Of a DNA stretch of 64,000 nucleotides, positions 49,801 to 61,800 are shown one piece after another. Each line of letters opens with the position of its first letter. Position 1 is the first letter of the stretch. Location: contig CM035362.1 in assembly GCA_020137815.1 (NCBI GenBank), positions 4,960,001-5,024,000 on the forward strand, written 5' to 3'. The DNA comes from Hormiphora californensis (Eukaryota > Animalia > Ctenophora). The position numbers were made by a program, and so were the translations under genes. The notes beneath the pieces were generated by a model. It searched no databases, was not told the origin of the DNA, and saw only the letters and a program-made list of their open reading frames with translations.

Positions 49801-52800
49801 GATAGTGTCCTAGCTATAATTATCATGGCAAATTAGTGTAGTTGTTTTGCTTGTCTGCAGATATATGGATAACGCTTTGCTCGATCATATCCAAATAATT
49901 CCCGGTCGAATTAGTGGGCCTCACTTGTTTTCCAAAAAGGTAGCATATTGAAAACAGAAAAACAGCCGGTATATTATTATTGAGTGACACCTTATTACAA
50001 GTATTGTATTCTAAAATCTAAAGTATAATGACTATACGACTGCACATTGAATATTGATTTGGTTTGGGTAATTGTGAAGTGATATTGTGTACGAACGCAA
50101 CCTAGCTCTTTTGTACAACGAAAACTCTGTCCTAAAGCCTAGTATCAGATCTTTTTAGTGTGTCTCTCCTTCAATATCTTTTTGTTTCAGCGAAAGAAGC
50201 CGTGGATAGAGGAACATATTGAATGTAGGGACTGCTGTACCATTATCCCAGATCCTAAAAACCCTGAAAAGTAGGCGTTTTTTATAGAAGCTGCGTTTAG
50301 CATAGAGCTTTTTGAATCTCAAGAGATATGAATTATACACCCCAAAAGTTGTTTACGTGTTTACCAACACTTTCACCCTGCAGGTGCCAGTGTGGTTTGG
50401 AGATTGGGCTTCATGAGCCAACTGCAGAAAAGAGGGAATCAGGGAAATGGGACTACCCAGTCCACACTCAGCGGGTACCTTGTAATGCGTATGGGAGGAT
50501 AAAGTTCCTGGATGAGGATGTACACCAACAGCCAGAGGTCAGCATGTCACGTGTTGACCATAATATGGGCATTTTAGTGTCACGTGTTGACCATATATGG
50601 GCCTTTTAGTGTCACGTGTTGACCATATATGGGTGTTTTAGTGTCACTAATTGTTGACCATATATAGGTGTTTTAGTGTCACGTTATGAATCATGGGCGT
50701 ATCATATGTCCAGAATATCTGATTTCCTTCTCCTCTAGTTTGCTCGAGTTGATGTGGACTACTATGAAGGTGGGAGAGTTGGAAAGATCATGGAGCTTCT
50801 AGATACTGGGTAGGTAGTGAATTATCAACTCAAAGTACCACTAAATCTTTCTGATCAATACGATTGATTTGGTGACGTAGCTTCAAGCAGACGTGTGAAG
50901 GGGTAATGGCATCACAATTAATTTGATAAAATGATATAACATTGTGAGTAACCACTTGTTTTCATTTGATAAAATGATATAACATTATTTTAGATGGAAC
51001 CTAGCTGCACCGAACCTCCTTATCTCCGTAACGGGTGGCGCCAAATCCTTCGACGTGAACCCTGATCTGCTAGAAGAGTTCAAGAGGGGTTTAAAGGAGG
51101 CAGCCAAGACTACCAATGCTTGGGTCATCACTGGGGGAACCGCTACGGTAAGAAGGGGGTTTTGGGATACCACCACGGTGAGTAAGAAGGGGGTTTTGGG
51201 GTACCACCAATCGTTTTATAGAGGGTATTTTAGGGGGTTCAGACGCGAGTCTTCGGCTGGCGTTACATGATATCTAAGTTTAATGATAAAAGATACATGC
51301 ACAGAATCATAAGACTTTGCTCACGTTCACTCACAGGACGGTAACCTTGTACACCTTCTACTTAATTCATACTTAATTCTTACCAGGTAAGTTAACTTCT
51401 ATGAAATTTGTGCAGTACAGAAAAAGTACCATATATTTACCTATTATAGAGTACCTAATTGATGAATCTTAATTAGGTGACAAATGAACTACATTTATAC
51501 CTGTATTAATTCCAATACACGTAGCATCAGTCCATGTCCCACCCTCGGTACTGACATCACAAGTGACGTGTTGACTCCCCTCAAGACGAGTATTCGCATC
51601 CTTACACTGGATGGTAGCTACCTCATTTTCTAGCATTGGTAATGTGCTGCTGGTAGGGTCGTATTGTAGTTGTGATGTGTCGAACGGTTTATCGGGACAA
51701 CCTAGGGAACAAAATAATTGAATATGTAAAGTGGTAGAATAGTTTAAGATTTTTGAATAGATTGATCACCTGTTCCATGAAGTTGGATTATATCTAGATA
51801 TATATCTAAATTAAGAAGAATGTGTGTCACTCTTAAGTTTAATTGCTTACCGTATGGTTTCTGCCGGTAGGAAAACACAGCTGTACTAGTTTCATTAAAC
51901 TCAAAGAAAGCTAGATGGAGTGCCGCTGTTGCACTGCAATTAGTAATAATATCCAGATCCACACCATTGAAATGAATACTTGGCACTGTCGTGTCAATGT
52001 TCCATATCCCTGGGGCTCTTCGACGAAACTTTAAGCACACTTAATAAATAAGCTCTCTTTAGAGTTACACAAGGAAAATTTTTCAGACTTGTCTCGAGAG
52101 GGGTGTCGTCGAACGCTTTCCAAAACCTCACTTTAGGTCCTTGGTGTGAACCACGTGTATACCACGTGAAGCCCCGGATCACCCCTCGTGTATCGGTGTA
52201 GAAAACCAATCAGGGGATCGAAACTGGACACGTGATAGGATTTCCATTACATGGGTTTACACAGGCGTCAATTTGGTCACGTGTAGGGTTCACCAGCCAA
52301 TAGTGTTAGCGAGATATCACACCAGATTGGGGGTGAAGAAGAAGTTTGACTTCCATTTCTCAAGATTCAAGAAATTTCAAATCTTCAAAATTCTTACTGT
52401 TACAGTAGCTGGCAATGAATGTTATAGCGGACAAATAGAGATCTAACATTGATTGTTCATTATGAAAAATCAATAAACCTATACACTCCTTTTTGTAAGT
52501 TGCAATATTATTTAGGACGGGTGAGATGAATACTGAATAGATAGTCTGCTAGATGAAGAGATAAACAGTGAAAGTATAGTAGTAGTTCACTGTTCATCTT
52601 GTCCTGCGGGCCAAAAGGAAAAAACTGAATTCATCCACATCTTATCTGTGAGAGTCTAATACAGATGGTGTATGCTGTATGGGCTTGGCTGAAACCCCAA
52701 ACTAGTGCCTCAATATTGTGGTTGAGTAGTCAAGAGATAGCTAACTGGGGGACAAGGAGTGCCATTTTATCTTTTTTCTACATGCGAGAAGCAAAATATA

Positions 52801-55800
52801 CACTGTTTTGTAGCATCTTTTACTTGCCAGCGCTGTCTTGTCTACCATTAAGTCTCCTCTGGAGGAGACTTAACAAACCTCACTTTTCTCGATATTTGAG
52901 TGAGATATTGCGTGAACTATGACGTCATTGTCGCTTCAATTTGGCCCAAATCACGTGATTTTACCACGTGATTAGGGGTTACGCAAGGTTTGGAGAGCTT
53001 GTGTAAAACTTCGCTTACTACCCCTCAATTTTCACTAAGCAAGATTTCTAAAAAGTTTCGTCGACACAAACCATGCTTAAGGGGTGTGAAAATCAATTAG
53101 AAGGTGTGAAAGGAGAGTTACGCAACGTTTTTTAGTGTGCTTAAAGTTTCGTCGAAGAGCCCCAGACGTGTTGCCGACGTTTAGGGTACAATCTCCAATC
53201 CTATTCGAATGTTTAATGTTGTTTGGACTATTTAAAAAAATGTTGTCTTGTTCGAAATGTCTGCGGTGCCACCGCCCTCGGCCTCTTATTCTCTTATATA
53301 CCCTGCTAACTTAAATAACCCGCCAGCGGCGAGAAGTCCCACTGGCGCGCTCTCAATATACAGCCAGTCCAGCGGCAGATTATTTCCCACTGGCTGGCTG
53401 TTTATTATTAACTCCTATGTTACATTCAAAGTGTGTGTAAATGATCAGTTCTTACTGAAATACAGAGGGAACACTGTTTGCAAGAGTTACACACTGCATT
53501 GGAGAGAAAGAAACAACACATTCCGTCAATTTCTCTCTCTTTATCTCCCCTTTTGTTTCACTATCTCAATTCCTCTGTGTTATGTCTGGCATGCCCCATA
53601 TCTTGTTATTTCTTTCTCTCTCTCCTTAGTAACTGTTACCAAACAATATACACTCAGTTGAGAGATGTTTTTGACTGTTTCTCAGTTCTCTTTGTGTGTT
53701 TTGATTAGTGTTTTCTCTCTTGTTAGTGTGTAATACTTGAAACAAACAACTAAAGCAGGGTATATAACCCATAAACTCTGACCAATGGCACGTTATTGGT
53801 TTAAACCCCTCCGCCTCTCCCTCGGCTACGCCTCAGGATCGTCGTCGTGATTTAAACCAGTTTATCCGCCACTGGCGGATAAACTACAGCTACCTTCTCC
53901 CAGCGGCGCGCTGGGAGAAAGGTATCTGAAATAACGTGCCAGTGGCCAGAGTTTATGCCTCATATACCCACCTTGGTGACAAAGACACCGTGCGCGACCA
54001 AGATTGAGCTCACACACAGGTGTCGGCTCCGCCCCAAAAAGGGTCGTTTCTTTCAAGGGATGTTGCACGCGATCCACTGGAAATACCCGAGAAGTTTGTC
54101 TGTCAACAGGAAGTGGGTCAAAATTGACACTGAAGTCAAACCTATAATCTGGCTTCCGAGAGTATTTTCCAGTACTCACAAGGTCTCAACCTATCTCCCA
54201 ATATCGTCAGACTCAGTCTAAACCGTCTGGGAGTGGTGCAAAAAGGCTCAGAAGTCAGATTATAGATTTGACTTCAGTGTCAATTTTGACCCACTTCCCG
54301 TTGACAAACAAACTTCTCGGGTATTTTCCAGTATATGAGGCATAAACTCTGGCCACTGGCACGTTATTTCAGATACCTTTCTCCCAGCGCGCCGCTGGGA
54401 GAAGGTAGCTGTAGTTTATCCGCCAGTGGCGGATAAACTGGTTTAAATCACGACGACGATCCCGAGGCGTAGCCGAGGGAGAGGCGGAGGGGTTTAAACC
54501 AATAACGTGCCATTGGTCAGAGTTTATGGGTTATATACCCTGCTTTAGTTGTTTGTTTCAAGTATTACACACTAACAAGAGAGAGAACACTACTAAAAAC
54601 ACACAAAGAGAACTGAGAAACAGTCAAAAACATCTCTCAATTGAGTGTATATTGTTTGGTAACAGTTACTAAGGAGAGAGAGAAAGAAATAACAAGATAT
54701 GGGGCATGCCAGACATAACACAGAGGAATTGAGATAGTGAGAAAGAAGGGGAGATAAAGAGAGAGTAATTGACGGAATGTGTTCTTTCTTTCTCTCCAAT
54801 GTAGTGTGTAACTCTTGCAAATAGTGTTCCCTCTGTATTTCAGTAAGAACTGATCATTTACACTCACTTTGAATGTAACATAGGAGTTAATAATAAATAA
54901 CCTGCCAGTGGGAAATAATCTGCCGCTGGACTAGCTGTTTATTGAGAGCGCGCCAGTGGGACTTCTCGCCACTGGCGGGTTATTTAAGTTAGCAGGGTAT
55001 ATATTAGGATCAATTTGTAGTGTTTTGCGACAAACCGGATGCAAATCGGTCCAGTGGATCGCGTGCAAAAAGCCTTGAAAGACACGACCCTTTTTTAGGG
55101 GGCGGAGCCGACACCTGTGTGCGGGGGTCGTGCCAGGTGTCTATATGTCACCAAATACCTGCACCCTCTATTGTAACAGCCCAGTTCATACTAATACCTC
55201 AAGCGGATGGCATCGAAGTCAAATTCATAACTCCTCGTCCGATCATGAAAAGTTAGCACTATCATCCCAGGTTGTTCCAGTTTTAGTTGAATCCCGTTGC
55301 CATGGGACAGGACATTTCCAGCACCCGGTATAACTCGTGCATAAGAATCTGAAGAGTTCATTGTCAGTTGTCAGGTATCGCTGATAAATGATAACGTTAC
55401 TTAATTTTCAAAGAAATTTGTTCAGGAACAGCAAAATGTAGTGAGATATAAGTTGCATATGTTATAGCTGTGTATATTTCCAATAATCCTCAAACTAACC
55501 TTGTTTCCTGATGTAGTGACTGATGATTCTTCCCGGAGTATCGACAATCTTTACAAAATTGGTCTCGAAAGGATCGGAAACGCCGGTGCATTCCATTTTT
55601 AACGCTATTTTCCAGTCTTGGCCGTTCTTTTCTCTCAAAATGAACTCCTGATTTTTCAAACTAATGCTAAACAGCTTCTCCCCTTCGCCATAACTTTTCT
55701 CCGTATAGTTGATCGTAGCTGAGCGACTCTGATTACAGAAGACTATTGTCGCATTGCTTTGCTCCAGATGTATTTTGACTGGTTGCATCCTTGATGCGTT

Positions 55801-58800
55801 GTACATAACTTCAAGATTTATCCATCCTTTAGTTCCGTCAACCGAAAACTTGAAAGGATAGTTCCCGGATCCATCAGTGTCTACACTCGTGTGTCGGATT
55901 GGATAACCTAGAGTCCATGATTCCATGATCACCTCCTTGAGGGGATGTGCTATATCTGAAACAAAAACGATGTTTGGCTTGGTACGTCCATGAATTTTAA
56001 CCACTCCCTTATTACTCCCCCCCCCCCCTCTGCCGAATGCAACAAACAATATCATATCATTCAACAATCCATGTCCCCACACAATGTTTAGTACACATAC
56101 ATTGTGTAGTACACATACATTGTGTAGTACACATACATTGTGTAGTACACATACATTGTGTAGTACACATACATTGGCAAGATATAGAAGAGCTGATCTT
56201 GTATCCCTTACTAATGGACTTCAGTTCTCCATCAAGGCACATGGCAGGTACAGCTGCACGCGATCTCTTGTTGTAGATAGGGTGGCAGTAGACGTTGATA
56301 ATCGTCCCTGTATAAAGAGGGGGGGGGGTTAGTAAAAGCAAACAGTCAAGAGAAGAGAAAGTATTGTAGTGGATTTTTGACAATATAGATAAATCACCGT
56401 TGTTTTGTACAAGAACAATTCTTTTGAAAAGGGTGGTTAGACCTACCGTTAGCTAAAGGGAAGATTGTATCCGTCTGTAGGCGATACTTGTCGTTTGGTA
56501 ACGTCCCCTCACAGTTACTCGGGCTCCCTGATATCATATTGGGTAGTTATTGTGTCTGTTATTAACCTTCATCCCGGAAACATATAGGGTTTGCAATCTA
56601 GATTGAAAGCTGAGGTTCTATATCATGGCTCTACCCCCTTTCCCAAAACGACTGACCTGGAATATCGATTGAAGTAAAGATCATGACTTCGTTGAAGAAG
56701 AAATCTGGATTAATTTCGATATCGGAATAAAAAGAGATGTCAACAAAGCTGGCAATTGTTTTCCCCACTTTTATCGCTAGCTTGTGTTTCACCGGACCTG
56801 AAAGTAGATTGGTGGGGGCAAGCTTTCTAACTTTTATCGAAAAGTTCAGATACCATCTCCCATGGAAATGTTGGGTCAACAAGAATAATTGCGATATGGT
56901 GTTATTATATCGCCTGGTTTCCCCGCCTTATACTTATACAGTCGGACCCCGATTTAACGGCCCCCGATTTAGCGGCACCCCGATTTAACGGCAGCATAAT
57001 CTTCCCCCGATATGGGAAATTAACATTATTTGACCCCGATTTAGCGGATACCCCGATTTAACGGACAAAATCCTTTCCCCCGAGGGTGCCGTTAAATCGG
57101 GGTCCGACTGTATACATATACTGTTATAGTAATGGAATATGAATTAAAGAGAAACAAAGATTTTGCAGTACTAATATTCAATTAAGAACAGTGTGAATGG
57201 AATATGATCTAGCATGTACCATTTGCGATGCCTGCTTCTAATTGGATACTGATACGTGAGTCCGTACTCATTTGTAGTGCTATTATATGATATCCTAGTA
57301 CATACTAAAATTAATAGGCACACTTCAGATCACAACTCGTTTACTAATGCAGTCAGTACTAAGTAATGAACAATGACGTAGCACGCGATGACCAATTAAT
57401 AATTACTAGCACACGCGATGTGTTCTCCTGTTTGTGCACGCGAATTTTCAAGTAATATCGTCAGCACTCTGCACTGGATGGTTGCTATGGATGCCGGATG
57501 GGTTACGTTACAGGACAAATAAAGCGTGATACATCACTAGTATGTAAAATTGTCAAATTTTAAACCCCTATGCCTATTTACAAAAGGCATCCGGGTGAAT
57601 GCCTTCGACATTCACCGGGTGGGGAAATAAATGCCATTTATGCCCAATAAATTCCATTTATGAATGATGAAAAAATACCTGTGTACACGATCAGCTGCTC
57701 TGAGTCGATAGTAAGCTCAATGTTACAATCTGTTGCATTATTTCCAAAATACAGGATGATCGTTTCAACTTGCGTTGACAATTTAAACCTCAAAGTCGTG
57801 TTGCTGTGACAACTGAATTCCGACCTTGATAGAAAATGCTATTTATGCTATATATGAGATTTGGTTGAAAATGTTTAGTTTAGTGGAAAATTTACACATG
57901 ATGAATATATTTGTCTCACTCGGTGTTAGGTTTTCCATCTATTATTTCATTCGTGTCAAATGTTTTATCTTCGTGCATCAGCTCCAAATCAGTACCCTCA
58001 ATTGCAGTGTATGTCGTTTTGCCTGATAAAATAAACAGTAATATGCAATATTGCAATCAACAGTTATATGCAATAATTTCAGGGAAGATTTTTCACTGAT
58101 AGATTTATATGGGCTAGTATATGCTATTGCAATGGGTGATAGTATTTTCGTACCTATCCATCTTCCACGAATTGAGATTTTTTCCAACGATAGCAATCTC
58201 CCGACATCGCCCTTGATTTTAATGGTATCCGCCACTAAGTCAAGATTTCTGCAAAAACATATTGGAACAATTGTGTAATTTATTTTACTAATAAAGTTAG
58301 TGGAAGGCATGCGCTATAATATATAACAGGATGCAGCGTATATGGAGATTGCAGAGAAATAGCAATGAAATTTGTTACCTGCATGTCGTAGTATAATTGG
58401 ATTCCATCGCGGCAATAACTTTACAGACACTGGACCCACTGCCAACTTGGCTTCCAGTGCTTAGGAAATTAGGGTCTTACTAAATTAAATATGGGTCTTA
58501 AATAATTAATTACTAAATCTAAGTACCGTAGCATGGCACTCTTTTGGAAATCAGAACGAGGTCTGGCGCCGCCAGCCAGCTGGTATAATCATACTACTTA
58601 CTAAGCAAATTGTGTAACGGTGATCACCTAGCAACTACACTAAGTACAAGTCTTGCACGTGCAATTATTAGAGCGACCTGGAGAGATCTCTCCCGGTTGC
58701 AGAACTGGGTACCAAGGGAGAATTCAATTCTGCACGTGCATTCTTTTACTTCTGTCCTGAATCCTGATGTCTAGCTCTTCCACCCCAAGCGCTATTCGAC

Positions 58801-61800
58801 AACGGTTATATGGGTCCAGAAGATCTGCTGCTGTCAGAGAGCAGGCTAGAGAATATGACAGATTACGCCAACGTGTTCAAGCGAGCCAATCAACCACTGA
58901 GGATAGCTTTACGGTAAAGCCTTTGCCCAACCTCGCCCAAGGGTGATTACTCCAGTCGAATATAGAAATCTCCGAATCGGCTACATAGCGGTCAAGTTTT
59001 CACGTGATGAGTTTCTGGAACAGCACTGCACCTCGATGACATCGATCTCTTAAATTCGGACCTTGACATTGTCAGGAAGCCCAGAGCGTACAACACCATG
59101 AGAAGGGAGAAAGTGAGAGATAGGCTAGGAACGGATGGTGCAGGTGATGTCAGCGTTCCCTAATCAAGCTACCATTTCCCCGAAATTCGCCCGTAGGGCG
59201 AACGGGCCTACTAGTGTTTACTATCCAATCAGTGCCTATAGTGTATCAGTGGTCAGCAAATCCCAATAATTACTAGGAACCGACCGAATCAGGAAATACT
59301 GGTCCCTGATTGGCTGATAACCAGTCACGTGACCTAAATAAAGAGTTATCATTGGTTGTTTACTTGTGTCGGTCGGTTCCTGACAGTTACCTTTCTACTT
59401 CCACGTGCTACAATGATAGCATTGTGATAACCTCCAGAATTAGTGACCACACTGATCTCGGAAATGTAAAGCTCTATCGGGAATTCAATCTGCCAGTAAT
59501 CAAAGTGACCATCGGTAGCGGGATCTTCGCATTTGATACTGAAATAATGTTAATAGCTTCATCAGAAGTAACCAGAAGTAAGTAAGCTGATCTGTTATAG
59601 GATTGCAGTTTCAATTTCACTTCTCAAGAATCGGAAATAGGAAACATACAAACCGGTTTTCAAGTTGGTCCCGAATTTACCTGTCCAAAGTTGATGGTCC
59701 AGGTTCGAGACCATTGGTACAATGTCGGGTAATGAACCCTACAGAGGTAATATCGAACACGCTAATCTCAATCCCTGAACCACTGCTCCATGGGATGAGC
59801 AATGCAGCGAACCAACACAACATAGCACTATCATATAGTCACTTATATAACACGGAGCTTACACCGTTATAGTATGTACACTACAGATACATACACAGGG
59901 TGGGATATATGTATACAGGTTACCATAAAGCAGGAGGCAAAAACAACAACGACATTGAATTTTCAAGCTGATTTAACTAAAACGGGTGAAATTTATTGTT
60001 TTTGTGACAAAGGTATAATGAATTAAAAGCAATCATCAGGATTCATGGATCATAGTAGCTCAACAAGCTAAACCCATGATTATTGTAACAACATCAACAA
60101 CAACATCAATGATATTCCAGGGTATAATGAAGTTTGTTGGCGAGGCTTTACGAGGCTCGAGTGGAACTGCAGTTCCCTGTATTGGTATTGCCACCTGGGG
60201 GATTATCAAAAACAGGTTCGTGTGTTTTAGTTCTCTGCATGGAGATCACCATGGAGATCACCATGGAGATTACCACGGAGATCACCATGGAGATCACCAA
60301 AAGATGTGTCTAATCAGAAGCCAGGCTTATTGCAAATCAATAAAATACGGTATTTCACAAAATGAACCTGAAGTTTCTTTTATAAAAAGTGTATGCGAGT
60401 ACCGGAGTTCACGTACTGATAACTTATAAGAAAAAGATATAAGTCACGAATTGATCATTATTAACAATGATATTATGCGAGAGCAGACATTATAACATTA
60501 TGAGTTATTTGCTATGTACGATCAGGGCTTATATTATATGTATATACCCCTACTTCCCTCTCTTTCCCCTCTTTCCTCAAGCAGCTGCATGTTGCTATCA
60601 CTTATTAAGCATACTATAATTGGGAAAGAGAGTAAATATAGGACCCACCTGTTTTAGATCATTTCCCTTTAAAAGCTTTTAAACTATTAAATCATCTATA
60701 AAGAACTCGTTTCCTTTCTAAATTATAACATTCTCTCGATAAGATATATTCTCAACAACTGGTCTGGGTAGAGCAGGTGTAGCTGCTCTAATTGGAGCTC
60801 TATCACAGCACATTTTCTTAAATCACACGTGCGATGTTACCACGAATAATATTTTTCGCTTGTCTTCTTTCTTTTTTAACATTGAATAATATTTATTCAT
60901 AAAAAATAAATACTTGAACTCATCAATATTTGCGAAAACTGACGCCTGCAATATGTTTGATGAATTCTTCAAGCACAAACCATGACCCCTACCAAAATTC
61001 AGGAATTCTTCAACGCAAATTGAGTCTTATAACTCATCAGGAATCGACCGAATCAGGAAATACTGGCCCCTGATTGGCTGATAACCAGTCACGTGACCTA
61101 AATAACGAGTTCTGATTGGTTGTTTACTTGTGTCGGTCGGTTCTTACAATTCTCATTACAGGAATTCTCTAAAACGGACGCTGGTGAGACGTAATAAGAA
61201 GGGAGTTTTCGACTACAAAACATCGGAACCGCCCAAACAGGGAGAGGCATATCTTGATTCAAACCACACACACTTTCTACTGGCTGACAATGGTACATTA
61301 TTTGATCGCTGCCTAGCTAGACTGTGTTTCGTGCGCCCCGCTGCCCGCGACACACCTTCTTTACAAATGTAAAGGAGCGTTAGAACATAACAAGAATTAA
61401 TCGCTTTTGATCATGTGACACGTGTGTATAACACCCTCATCCAGTCCCCCTCTGGCCAAGAGAGCTGAAAGCGATCTTTTGTAAGATAACGATTTGCAAA
61501 CTGTCATGTCTATCCCCATGTTAGGTACATCAGGGAAGTTTGGTTCAGATGTGAAACTCCGGGGAGTGGTAGAGGCCGCCATCTGCGAGAAATTCTCCCC
61601 TGATTTCGGGCAAAATAGTGAGGAAAAGATGAACCTTCCTATGATTTGTATTTGTGTAGAGGGAGGACCGAATACTCTGGCGACCTGTCTTGCTGCTTTA
61701 AACCAGGGTAATGTTTTGGTGACATAGACACCTGGGGGGGGGGGGGGGGTCGCGCCAGGTGTCTATGTCACCAAGGTAATATTTGTGGAACTATATTACA

